NCBI GenBank assembly: GCA_964036045.1
Contig: OZ038379.1
Coordinates: 19,964,001-20,028,000 of the forward strand
From: Eutreptiella sp. 'Long Island Sound 2002'
Lineage: Eukaryota; Protista; Euglenida
Length of the DNA stretch: 64,000 bases
Direction of reading: 5' to 3'
Below, piece by piece: positions 33,270-45,800 of the stretch (positions within the stretch are counted from its first letter, which is position 1; every line of letters begins with the position of its first letter). The translations under genes were made by a program, and so were the position numbers. Under the pieces are notes generated by a model. The model was not told where the DNA came from. It did not search any database and saw only the letters and a program-made list of their open reading frames with translations.

Positions 33270-34779
33270 AGCCGTACCAGGTCTGTGCTACTCTGCTTCT
33301 GACTCTTGTTGGGACTCTCACTGCAGCCCAGCCCAGTCGCCTCGAACCCAAGTGCCAAGAATACCACCCAATGTGCTATTGCAGCATAAAGTCGAAACTC
33401 GGCTCAGATGCAAAGTTTAGCAGGGCTTTTGGCCATCACACGCGGAGATGTATGTATTGGCTACACGTATCTGATTGTGAATGTTGAATGTCGTCCATCA
33501 TCAAGCATTTCTGCTGCTCACTGGGCCATCTTGATAGGATTGATAGGACAGGGATAGTGTCAGGCATTGGTGGGTAGGGTTGCAAGTTCGCATCTTAAAA
33601 GGCATCATGCAAAATGCCCCTTTCACTAGTCCGTCATCTCAAGTTAGATTTTTGTTTGGTTGTGTCATGCCTGACAACCGACAGCTTCGGCTTGCATCAG
33701 CGGTATCAAGTAGAAATTGGTACCCCATGCTGGTGGCCAAACAGCATTTTCTGACACTACTTGTGAAACCATGGTCTTGTCCAACGACTACCTTTTAGTC
33801 AAACGGCGCACTTTTACCTACCCTTTTAACTACCTGAGGTCCACCCTATGGTCAAATTGCTGGTCATTGTGCAGAAGGGGGGGGGGGGGTTACCGAATCA
33901 ATGAATTGTCCATCAACCATTTGTACTATGGTATGATACTTGGACTTGAAGTGCAACAGATTCCAACTGACGCAGAGACAGGAAAAGGGTCAGCCCTGTG
34001 GTGCTTCAGATAGTCGCCCCCCCCCCCCCGTCCCCCCGTGCTAGTGCAGCGTTTTTTTGGGCAAGGCCAGCCCGTCTGCATGTTGTCTTCTGACTGCAGT
34101 TTTTGTGCTCAAGAGTGTGAGAGAACAGGTTTGTAGGCTGGGGTGTAGAATTTTTTTTATCTGTCGTAGTTTTTTTTTCCGACGCCCCACTTGGCTTTTC
34201 AATTCCCCCCACTGTGTGCGTACTGTGTGCACATTTGACACCACGTGAGCACATTTGAGCCTGCCTACTCCCTCGCCTGCCGGCCACCGTCTGCCTCTTC
34301 ATTCGCTCCACATTTTGTTCACCTGGTGATCCCACCCCCTGCCCCTGGCTCTCCGCCCCTTGCGCTGGAATTCTGCTTTACCCACCATTCGTATGTCATT
34401 GATGAAGCTGGCATGATGGAGTCTGTCCTCTGTCAGCAGCCGCATCTGCTTCCGTCGTACGTGCAACACCTTCACTGTGTTCCCCTCCAGCTCCATGTCC
34501 TGCAGCTGCCCGTGTCTCCCTCCCTCCATATCCGTGTCCAATACAAATAGGGGTGCCCCCTGTGTACACTTCCTATTCACCGAGATCAGCAACACATGGC
34601 AGGAAAGTAATCCGCATCTCCAAAATACCATTACTAGCCCTAAATCTCATAAAAAGCTTGTTGTTTTCACGAACAGTCAGAAGTGGGAATGCTGAATTCC
34701 ATGGTTCCAAAACTGGCGAGATAGCACCTCAAGGGCGCTTTTCTCACGTGCATGGGGGGGGGGGGCTGCTGCTATTGTG

Positions 34780-35830
34780 AACAATTTTACTATTGCTATT
34801 GCTATTGGGGGAGCGTTAGTGCGCCGGGCATCTTTTTGACCCATGCCCCACCGGTGGCCTTTTAGGGGGTGCACTAAGGGGGCGCACTTAGCGCAGTGCA
34901 GCTATTGGGGCGTTTGGCTGTACAGAGACCCATACTTTGATACTAGGGGCATCATTGTGACCCCTGGTGTAGGTTTTGACTTCTCTTTCCCCTTTGTTGG
35001 GGACCCCCGAGAATGCAGGAGTGACGTAGCATTTCCGCCCTCTTTTGGGCCCCAACCTTCCGGTGCTATCAAGGAAACCGGGACCTTCTCGTACCTTGTC
35101 GTACCCGAGGTGATTTCTTTGATTTCCAAGTTGGGGGCCATGATGGTGCTTATAAAGGCACCTATAAAGGCCGGATTCATGTCATTGTGCCATTCATCGG
35201 AAGAAAGAATGGCACTTTGACAGCCCGCCAACAATGTTACAATGACGTGCACGGGTGGTATAGGGCACGCATTGAGCAACTCTTTGCTCGATTGTGGCAT
35301 TGGGGTTTGGTTAAGAACATCTGGCGTGGCGGCCCCAATGAGTTGCACCAGACCGTCCGTATTTTGTTGCATTTTACACAATTTTGCATCCGGAGGCAAG
35401 TCCGTCACCCCCCCCTACACACCATGGGAGCATGTCCCGCCTCATGTTTGGACTGACCAAAGCAACTCGGCTGCCACGCAAGATGAGGCAGAGGATGAGG
35501 CAGAAGTGTGTGTGTGTGTTCTGTTGCCAGAAGCGCTCCACCGTTGCAGTTTGTGATGAGTGTAAGGAGCACTATTGTACTGAATGTATTGACACTCGCA
35601 CTTGTGGGACCAATGTTGTTTGTTAAGTACAATACAAATGACATTTGGAGTTGTTGAATTCACAGCTATTGCTTTATTATGCAACGTGTTTTGTAGGGAA
35701 GGTGTGCAGTGCAACGTGGTCTACTTGGGGGGCTTCTCCATGAGAGGGTAAATCTGGGGCTGAAGTTGGGAAAACTAATAGAAAAGTAGCGCGCCGGGCA
35801 AACATTCCCCCATTGCTTTAGTAACCCCTT
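34780..35830 (+). mobile_element. Internally deleted PIF/Harbinger-like (DDE_Tnp_4) transposon remnant with C-terminal B-box-like motif
   Basis: Frame from 35103: ...GHDGAYKG...IVPFIGRKNGTLTARQQCYNDVHGWYRARIEQLFARLWHW, matching the D(G/S)AY...LT..Q..YN..H...R..IE..F pattern. After frameshifts: C..C......VCDECKEHYCTEC. Imperfect inverted ends TTACTA..GGGGGA..GTT at about 34786-34815 and 35800-35825. Confidence 0.7.
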
Positions 35831-36009
35831 CCTTTGTTGGGTAAGACGCCGCCTCCTACCAACACAAGCGGACTAAGAGGAGGTGGATGGGCACACTACT
35901 TGCGGCAAGACCTGTGGTCCGCGAAATAGGACCCCTTTAAAAAGCAGAGTGTAGCATGCATGTCTAGATTAAAGATATTGTGCCCCAACAAGAATGGGGT
36001 ACCTGATCA

Positions 36010-36405
36010 TTAAATGAACTTGAAATACATTGTGAGCAGTGCTAAAGTGTAAGCGAAAATCGAAACCAAGCCATGTAGTAGTATGGGGGCCCACTTAGCG
36101 GCCGCTCGGCCCATACAGCAAGGGCCATCGGTTCCCCAAAAGTCCCTAAATTGCTGTTTGTGGGTTTGAATGGCAGTCAACAACTTTCGAACCTCTGGCT
36201 TTTCCCAGAAATCTTTTGACAGGATGGGTCTGACAAGGGGGTTATTGGTGCTGATCGTTGGTTCGACACCTGGGGCAAGTCTTGGGATGACTTGTGAACA
36301 TAGCCTTCTTGCCGTTGCCAGTGCACGAGCAAAGGTAGAAGCAGTGGCAGTAGCAGTGACATTGGCATCAGCTCGTAGCAAGGTCAACCAAGTCGCTGTT
36401 TTCAC
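36010..36405 (-). other. Orphan 131-aa ORF divergent from GGT (unknown: TE remnant or exon)
   Basis: Protein-like segment NPLVRPILSKDFWEKPEVRKLLTAIQTHKQQFRDFWG; no recognised domain. Confidence 0.22.
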
Positions 36406-36480
36406 TGTTCGTTGCCCTGTTTCCGTTTCTCAGGGTATCCCCCACCCCCTGGGCAATAGCGTCAGTCACGAGTGACGGTG

Positions 36481-36524
36481 CCTCCCGCTCTCTGCTCTCC
36501 GCCACCCCTGCCCTCTCCCCGCAG
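36481..36524 (+). promoter_or_regulatory. Polypyrimidine tract and CAG acceptor 1 nt before the GGT start codon (candidate spliced-leader trans-splice site)
   Basis: cctcccgctctctgctctccgccacccctgccctctccccgcag|C ATG. A second tract and AG at about 36399-36433. Confidence 0.55.
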
Positions 36525-36525
36525 C

Positions 36526-36898
36526 ATGGCAACGTTCTGCGATGGCCTACCGAATGGGGATTCGGTTAAGCTGACCACGGAACGACCGGACCGGGACAGC
36601 CTTGCCAAAGCCATCGACGTCCCCATGGACGCCGCGCCGAAGATTGCCCCTCCCCTGCCGCGATGCGCCAACCGCCGTGCCTGGGCCACCATTTTCGTCT
36701 GCCTGACGCTGATATCCAGCGTGGTTGTCGTTGTCGTGTTTGTATTGCCGGAATTTCAGGCGGCGCCCCCCGTGGGGGGGGGCGATCCCGGCGCTGGATG
36801 CCCAAACCAGGGCTTCCGCGCTGGGCCATACGATGAGTTTGCAACGCGGGTGCACTCGGCGGCGGTGACCACGGGCGACGAGCGATGCTCCACCATCG
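36526..36898 (+). CDS. GGT: GGT exon 1
   Basis: ATG 36526; TM anchor; ends ATC G|gtgtgt. Confidence 0.9.
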
Positions 36899-39800
36899 GT
36901 GTGTCTACAGCCCCAGGCCCCACTGGGCCATCAGCCGAGTGGGTCCCATGAGCTTGGCCAGGGAGCGAACCGATGGCATGCTCCACGTCTTATGAAACCC
37001 ACCACGAGACCGCAACACAATGCCTCAACAGTGGGCTGGCCGGTGGTGGACCACAGCGCGTCACAGGACAGGGGCATAGCACATGAAGGAGACAACAGGC
37101 AGGGGATACACACAAGGGGGCAGCGGTGTTCAGGCACAGGGGGTGTTTAAGTGCAGGTCCGGACATTCATCCCCCCCTCCAGACCCCCAAACTTGCGCCC
37201 ATGGCAGAAAACCCGGTTTTCCGATTCCACAGTGAAGTGTTGAAAATTTGCTCCCATTTGTGTGGAGTGGAAATGCTCAGATTTTTTTTTTATTGTAGAA
37301 ATGACGAAATTCGACTTTTCCCGTTCCATTTCTAGGCCAGAAAAGTTCGAACTTTCTCCGGGGGGCTCGACTTTAGGCTCTAGGCCTAGAAAAAAGTTGG
37401 AACTCCGTCCTTATCTACCCTAAAAAGCAAGCCTGGAATGCTCGGCTGGCCCGGTTGCGCGATTTTTGGAGGAATTTTCTGGACTGCAAAAAGGCGAGCA
37501 TTTCGGGCCCTATTCCTTTTTAATGGAGAGTTCCAATGTGCCCCAAAACACCGGTAATTTTCTCAAAAGGTTTTTCAAGGGTTGGGGGGGGGGGGTCCCC
37601 GAACAAACCTCATTTTGGATATTTTTAGTGGACCGCGTTGTACGAGGAATTCGACCCCTTCGGCTGTGGTGCACGAATCGGCCCAAAAAAGGGACACGTG
37701 GCGTTTTCCCATATGTGCGGGCCAGGGTGGTATTGATCGAACAGCCTCGGCGGAGGTGATTTTTGACCCCCTGCCCCACACCCCCTGCGCTCGTGCCGCA
37801 GGTGTTGAGATCCAGAACTACACTGATCACCCCCCCCCCCTCCCCCAATGTGTGCAAGGCCTCTCTTGTCCAGTTTGCGGTGGTGCGTCCCACTGCCCCC
37901 ACAGGGCAGCACCAAATCCTGTGCACAAAGCACCTGAGGCACATCCTGCACCTCTAGCATGGGCTGCAGGCAGCGACCCCACCGATGCCAGCACCCACTG
38001 CAGCGGAGCCCTGTCAGAGCATTGGCCACGTCAGGGGGTGGGGAGGAGGCGGAAGACATAGGCTGTTCGGATATAGGGTCCAAGAACAGGGTATGATGTA
38101 GATTGTTGGCACGAAGCCCCCCCCCCCCCCTGCAACACGTTCTCGATGCCGTGCTGTATGCCTCCGAAAAGCAGAAATGCAGTAGGTTGTTTCTCTGTCA
38201 GCGTGTTTTCATTTTCTCACACCATTTTGCACCGCCATTCCTTCCCACTCCTTTTTGAAGCTATGTGCCTCTGAGATTGCAATCCAGTCGCTGTTGGTGG
38301 GTGGCTGTGTGCAACAGGGGAAGTCTACCAAAGGTTTTACCTGCACCTTCGCTGAGCTCGCCAGAGGAGGAGGTCTCACGCCCCTCCCCCTTCTGCAAAG
38401 CTCGACCAATCCCAATCCCAATCCCCCCGTACCTCCCCCCCCCCCACCTCACCGAAGGGTGGGTTTGGGCCGTCCTATAGTCTGTGTAGGTCCCATTTGT
38501 CCAGGTCCATACCTATGGCATGCCTAAGTAGGTCCATCCATCGGCTCCAGCTGGACCCTTTGTTTGAGGAGCAACAGCCACCATGCGGACCCGCCGGCTC
38601 CCGTGCTACCGCGTTTGACACCGCAACCAATGCAGGAGCCCGGTGACGTCGAATCCTTCGAGATTCCACCCGTTCCCCCTTCCGAGTATGCGTGTGTGTG
38701 GGGTTAGGCCCATTGGACTGCACTCCTTCCCAAGTGGTGGTGTGCACACCCCGCATTCTACCAGACAGCACGGCAGGTGCTGGATTTGGACGGGCGGCAT
38801 TGCGTGCTCAGCAGTGCACAGCTTCCGGAGGTGGTGTCGCATGCAGTTCCCCGGGCCGCGTTTACCGCTTTACCGCAGGGCGCGACGTCCTTCGCCGGGG
38901 CGGCAATGCCGTGGACGCCGCCATCGCCGCTGTGTTCTGTGTCGGAGCCGTGCAGCCTGAGGCCTCCGGTATCGGTGGCGGTGCCTTCCTTCTGATCTGG
39001 AACGCCCACAGGTCTACCCCGTGGGGCGTGTGGGTGTGCCTCGGGATCGTCATATGCGCCAGCCGTGCCTGCAGCAGCAGCCTCCCTCCTGTTGCTCTGC
39101 TGCCCTGGAACTGCACCGTCTGCAGCTCATGCCCCAACGAGTTGTACTCACGGATGTGGGATGTGGCCCTTGGGGCAAGGGATGTGAGGCCTGAGGGGGG
39201 GTATGTGTGGGGCAGCCCCCCCCCCCCCCCGACGCCAATGGGGGGACAGCAGAGTGGTGCCCATGGGGGTAACACGCCCCCCCCCCCCCAGTCAGAGGAC
39301 ACTTAGTCTTTACAGGGGCGGCCCTGTGGTGGGAGGAAGACCCGGAGGGCGAAACCAGATTCTCCACAGGGGTACATTTCAGGGAAGGGAGCTGCCCCAT
39401 CAGCATCAGAAGGTACCCAGTGTGAGAGAGTGTCATTCTGGACACCCAAAAACTGGGGGTGCTGACAGGACAATATGTGCGGGCCCTCAGACTTTGCTCC
39501 ACATCGAGGAGTTTCAAAGAGGCCTTAGAGAAGGTCACGGTGGTGGCAATGAGAAGAGGCTTCGGCATCAAGGAACAGCAACGAACGTGGACCAAGTTCC
39601 TGAGGCTGTGGTGGGGGGCTCCAGAGGTTGCCATGGGTGAGATTCAAGTATGGTTTGGGAGGATGACCAAGTGGGTGAGAACGGAAGTGCAGAAGGAGGA
39701 GGTGAAGACAAGAAGGTGCTGGGATGGGTGGGACTGCAAGAAGATGAAATGTCCCTATGTGTGTGGGTACCGGAGGAAAGGATATGGGATATGCGATATA

Positions 39801-42800
39801 GTGTTTATCGTGGGAGAAGGGATACACTTCATACTGGACGACTCAGTGAGACTCATGGCCCAACTAAACCGCGCAAACATCATAGCAGCAAAACTGGGGT
39901 TGAGAACGTATAGACACTGGCAGACACAACAACACGCAATACCACAGACTACAACAAACACACAGGGGCGTGGATATGTGGGGGAGAAGAGAGAGTGGTA
40001 GGGCACTGACGTTGGCTGCGACCGAACCACAAGTGATCCGGCAACTCAAGGACACGGGTCACTGATGGCGGACGCACCCCCGTCAAGACTCGGAGATTGA
40101 GACTGATTTGGTTGCCAGTGCCGAACTACACACCACAACAAGCAGACACGGGCAAGGAGAGGTGTGGGAGGCCAAAGAGTGGTAGGGCACTGATGTTGGG
40201 GGCGACCGAACCACAGGTGATCGAGCAAATGGGAGATGGGGTTACCGATGGCGGACGCAGCTCTGTCAAGACTCGGAGATTGAGACTGATTTGGTTGCCA
40301 GTGCCGAACTACACACCACAACAACCAGACAGGGGCAAGGAGAGGTGGGGGAGGCTAGAGAGTGGTAGGGCACTAATGTTGGCGGCGACCAAACCACAGG
40401 TGATCTAGAAAATGAGGGATGGGGTCACCGATGGCGGACACAGCCCCGTCAAGATTTGGAGATTGAAACTGATTTGGTTGCCAATGCCGAACTACACGCC
40501 ACAACAAGCAGACATGGGCAAGGAGAGGTGGGGGAGGCCAAAGAGTGGTAGGGCACTGATGTTGGGGGCGACCGAAACACAGGTGATCGAGCAAATGGGA
40601 GATGGGGTTACCGATGGCGGACGCAGCTCTGTCAAGACTCGGAGATTGAGACTGATTTGGTTGCTAGTGCCAAACTACACGCCACAACAACCACACGGGG
40701 GCAAGGAGAGGTGGGGGAGGCCAGAGAGTGGTAGGGCACTGATGTTGGCGCCGACCGAACCACAGGTGATCTGGCAAATGAGGGATGGGGTCACCGATGG
40801 AGGATGCAGCCATGTCAAGCTTTGGATATTGAAACTGATTTGGTTGCCAATGCCGAACTACACGCCACAACAACCACAGAGGGACAAGGAGAGGTGTGGG
40901 AGGCCAGAGAGTGGTAGGGCACTGATGTTGGTGGCGACCGAACCACAGGTGATCCAGTAAATAGGGGATGGGGTCACCGATGGCGGACACAGTCCTGTCA
41001 GGCTTCGGAGATTGAGACTGATTTGGTTGCCAGTGCCGAACTGCACGCCACAACACCCAGACAGGGGCAAGGAGAGGTGGGGGAGGCGAGAGAGTGGTAG
41101 GGCACTGATGTTGGCGGCGAACGAACCACGGGTGATCTGGCAAATGGGGGATGGGGTCACCCATGGCGGACGCAGCCCTGTCAGGACTCGGAGATTGAGA
41201 CCGATTTGGTTGCCAATGCCGAACTACACGCCACAACAACCACACGGGGGCAAGGAGAGGTGGGGGAGGCCAGAGAGTGGTAGGGCACTGATGTTGGCGG
41301 TGACCGAACCACAGGTGATCCAGCAAATGAGGGATTGGGGTCACCGATGGCGGACACAGCCCTATCAAGTCTGGGAGATTGAGACTGATTTGGTTGCCAA
41401 TGCCGAACTACACGCCACAACAACCACAGAGGGACAAGGAGAGGTGCGGGAGGTCAAAGAGCGGTAGGTTATTGATGTTGGCGGTGACTGAATCACAGGT
41501 GATCTGGCAAATGAGGGATAGGGTCACCGATGGCTGACGCAGCCCCGTCAAGACTCGGAGATTGAGACTGATTTGGTTGCCACTACCACAGGAAACCACA
41601 TCACCAGCAACAACGCCGGCACCACTCATATTGGAACCCCCCCCCCCCCCGCACCACACCCTAGCGACTACCCCTACAGCTCCGCCAACACAGACACCAA
41701 CAATGGCGGAATGCGCTCGCCCATGCAACAACAATAGAGGGCAGCCCAGGACAACAAAGGACAGCCCAGAAAAGACACCCGAGGAACCGCGGGCCCCCGG
41801 ACGATGAGCCAACAGACACTTTAAGGGTGGGGGGGTGGGGCGGACTCCTCCCTCTCCCCAACTGCGGGAACACGTACGAAGGGGAATTAGCCCCAGTCCC
41901 GAACCCCCAGACTGACGGCGGGCGCTACGTGCAGGGTCTACCACCCCTGCGCCAGGTAAGGCCTTCATGCCATCAAACAGCATGCAACTACGCCCGGGAC
42001 AGACTAGGATATGTGGGCCAGCAGAAGCAAGTGGCCAAAACCACCCACACCAATCACACCGACACAAACAAGGAGCCCCCTTGAGCCAGGATCTCCCTCC
42101 TCAAGGGGAAGGAGGGGGCAGAGTGCGACGAACCCACTCCCACTCCCCCTCCCCCGCCCCCTCCTCTACCCCCTCCCTACAGCAGCACACTCCCCTGCCA
42201 CCCAGTGCCCCCCAGGGCAGAAAGAATAGAGAGGGTGGAGAGAAACTGGGCAGGGGGAAAGGGACGAACAAAGGGAGGTAATGGGACAGGGCAGACCGCG
42301 CTCGCCGAAAACGGTGCAGAGCGCAGAAGGAGGAGAAGGAAAGGAAAAAGGGAAAGAATTATTTTGGTTGTTACAAGCCCCTGTCAGGAAAACTATCCTG
42401 CAGATGCACACCCCAGCGCGCACAAGTCAGTGCTGGAGTCAGCAAACCCAGCATGGACTCGGAGTGTGCATCTGGATGCACCTGGTCAACTGCACAGGCA
42501 ACAGCCCATCTCCGGGACAGCCAACCCTGGAGTAGTCAAACAGGACAAAGGACAAGTCATCCAGGGGCTCCGTTGACACAACCAAAACACGTCCGGGCCC
42601 ACAGAGGGTCAGAATGAACAGTGGCGAGAGGCCGGCAGGCGCCCCGTTCCACATCTGCGCACACCTTCATCAGTCTGATGGCCCCACGGGCCTCTGCCAC
42701 AGCCATGCGGGCCGTGTTGGATGTCGGGGGGGGGGGGGGGGTCTGGCGGTCGCGAAACGGTTGGTGGGCTGCTGGGGGCGGAGGGGCAGATCTGTCATCC

Positions 42801-45800
42801 CGAAAGGGGGGGGGGGTGCCCTGCCCCCCCTCCCTCAGCGTGGGGCAAGGGCATGCCCCCACCCACATTGAGCAGCCAAGTCCTCGGTCCACATTGTTCT
42901 GTGCCCAATCCCTGTGACAGGGTCGCAGACAGGAGGCTGTGAGGTGGGTGTCCTGGGCCCCACCTGGTGTCGGGCCTGGGGTTCGAACCCACGAACAGGG
43001 GCTTTCGGAACCTTCGGCTTTACTCCCTGGGCTGGGGTTTGATCCCGAGATCTCGGTGTTAGGCAAAAGAATTGGTGCTCGCGTTTACCACACAAAAAAA
43101 TTTGTCTTTGGGGGCCTATGCATCCATTGTTTGCCTCCTCCCCCATTTTGGGGACCCCGAGATGGCAGGGGCTATGCATGTCCCCGACACTGTTTTGCTG
43201 TTGCTGATCTTGGGCGATGCTGCGGCCCTCGCGCTGTCGTTGGCCACAGGCACGCAGCTGAGTTCATCGATGCCCGAGAGAAGGCCCCCGCCGCCGCCAC
43301 TTCGCACATGTTCTACAACAACAAGGAGGCCGCCATCCACGGGGGCCTGGGGATAGGCATCCCTGGCGAACTGCAAGGCCTTGAGATGGCGTTCCGACGC
43401 CATGGCTCAGGGGCGGTGCCCTGGAAGGACCTCGTCATGCCCGCCGCAGGTGTGCCCATGTCCCGCACGGGGGCGCCTCGCCGGTGCACCTGCGCCTCGA
43501 TGGTCTTGGGCGCAAGCGCGCGCTGACTCCGGCCCCACACGCCTACCGTCCCCTCGGCCCCGCTCCGGGTACGTTTGGCCGGCGCACACCCCCGCATTAC
43601 CGCGCGCGCGCGCGCGCGCGCAGCGGAGCGCAAACAAGTCTGCCGCGCGGGGGGTCCACCTTGTTTTCGTTCTGCTTTCTCTCGGCGATGCGCGTATGCC
43701 TGCGGACTGCGTTCCCTGGGCCCACACCCCCATCCCTTGGCCGCTGATGTGGCGAACACCCTCCATTCCCCTAGACTACCCCGACGGTCCCCTTCTTGGC
43801 CGCAACGTCCAACAACGGCTTCAGGACCAACAGCCACAGCCAGAGCCCCCCTCCCCCCCTCCTCAGGACCCCCCAACCCACACCAACGGCGAACAATGAG
43901 GAACGACCAACTTGGGCGCCTGGAACACTTCTCAGGCCTCTGTGGACCGGGGCACAGAATCCCTCCCCCCCACTTTTCCCGTGGCCGGTGCAGTGGATTG
44001 TACAACACGACTTGTGTGTATTCAAAATGCTCCGAACGAAACGGGGAACTCGAAAATGCCCCCAAAACCGGAAAAAAAAACTGCCCCCCCCCCCCCCGTG
44101 GAGCCCCCTGCCCACGCCGCGGGGGTTGGGGTCCGGGACCGAACTGACCCCCCCCCCTCTATGGGCCTCACACAAGACTGCCTCCGCCGCCCAGGACTGA
44201 CGGCTACTGGTCACCGTAACCGAAACGGCGTAGCGACAGAGCGTGCCAGTTAAAGGCAGCCCTTGTGCTCCCGTACGGCCAATGACCAGGCCGACGGGCG
44301 CCGAGGGCTCACAGCCCCGCTCTGGGATGCAGTGTGCCGGTCTTTGAATGGGGAATGGACATCGCAGGGCTTGGAATGGCGTTGGGGTAGATCTGGGGGG
44401 CATCCGGATGCGCATGCGTCGGGGTCACTTGCCTGCTTTGCCCCAGAATTGGCGAACGCATCGGAGGCGTCCTGGCACACGGTCGATCGGGTCCGCCACC
44501 AGACATGCGCCGCGTTGATGGATCCGAAATGGGCCCCGTTGGGCGCCCTGTATTGCCCCAAAGGCGAGCGCGTGCGCGTCGGCGACGTCATCCGTCGGCC
44601 GAAGTTGGCGGAGACCCTGCAGCGCGTGGCTTGCGAGGGCAGCCATTGGCTGTACCAGGTCCGCAGGGTGTGCGTAGGGCGGCTTTGTCCCGGGGCCTCG
44701 ACATGGGTCCTGCAGCCCCCGACGTTGTGTTTTGGTGCCCGGCGATTGTGTTTCTGTCCGCCATGTTCCGGGGATCATGCACTGCGTCCCTGTGCCCCGT
44801 GTCTCATGCGCTGTGCCAGTGGCTTTACCGGAGCACACAGGACTGCGTGCCTGGGGGATGAACTTCATGCGCGGAAAAGGTGGGGATTTGCGTTCGAGCC
44901 CCGAATACTTGGGCGGGGAGTATTCTGTAACGGCTGGTGGGTACCGACCGAATCCTAAAGATTTGAAAAAACATTTAATTCCCGGCACAGGGTGTTGTTG
45001 TCTGCAAAAAAAACAAGACGCAAAAAAAAATTAATTTTTGGCGTCATGCCTTAATCAAAAATGAGTTCCGCAAAAAAAATCGTAGAAACAAAATAATTTT
45101 TGCTGCTGCCCCCCCTTTTTGCAAGAATGCCCGAGTTTTCCCCTGCCTGTGTGGCCCTGCTTTGCAATGATGTGGTCCACCTTTCTGCGCCTAGGGCCAA
45201 ATTGTGAATTGCATAGGTGAGCCTTTGTGTGTTCATGGTATTTCTCTTTCACAGCCATGTACAGTGTTGTCTGATCCTGCAGAGTTTTCTGTGGCATTTT
45301 TTTCAGCATTTCATGCACTATTATTGAGACAAAATGACAAGGTAGCATTTCACATGCCATGGGCACTATTATGGACGAGTTTGGAACTGGTTTGTTGAAA
45401 AACTGGTAGACCAGAATCATGCTTGTTGCTGCTCATCTGTGCATGGACTGCAATCCCAGAGTCCAACTGACCACATTTGTATGCCCGTGTAGGAATGGAC
45501 TGCAATCCCAGAGTCCAGGGTACGCACGGTCTCTTGCAGTGGCAACAAAATGAATGAACCCCAATCCCCAAAACGCAAAAAAAATCGCAAAAAAGTTAAT
45601 TTTTCGTGCAACACCCTACGCAAAAATGGGTCGCAGAATCGCAGAAAGGAAATATTTTTTGCCCATTTTGGATGCTGTCGCAAAAATTTTGCTTATTATT
45701 CATTCAAAACACCCAACGCAAAAATTAGGATTCCACGAATCTTTAGAATTCGGTCGGTACCGCGCAGCACGGCCAGAGTGCAGTGCCATGTTTTTGGTAT

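Noticed and set aside
32756-33302. His/Thr/Gln or Cys/Val repeat ORFs
   Set aside because: They are translations of the 10-bp minisatellite.
39998-41582. CTGATG...GAA motif in each 183-bp unit as a canonical hammerhead
   Set aside because: Core reads CUGAUGU rather than CUGANGA and GAAC rather than GAAA. No stem I or stem III geometry fits.
39990-41582. 183-bp array as a CRISPR array
   Set aside because: Whole units repeat; there are no unique spacers.
43780-43860. Possible GGT exon (cctag|ACTACCCC...)
   Set aside because: No GGT similarity; exon 3 joins directly to 44447 (MPAA-ELAN).
45443-45517. Two 23-bp palindromic direct repeats with a 29-bp spacer (CRISPR-like)
   Set aside because: Only two repeats, inside a MITE in a eukaryotic intron, with no cas genes.
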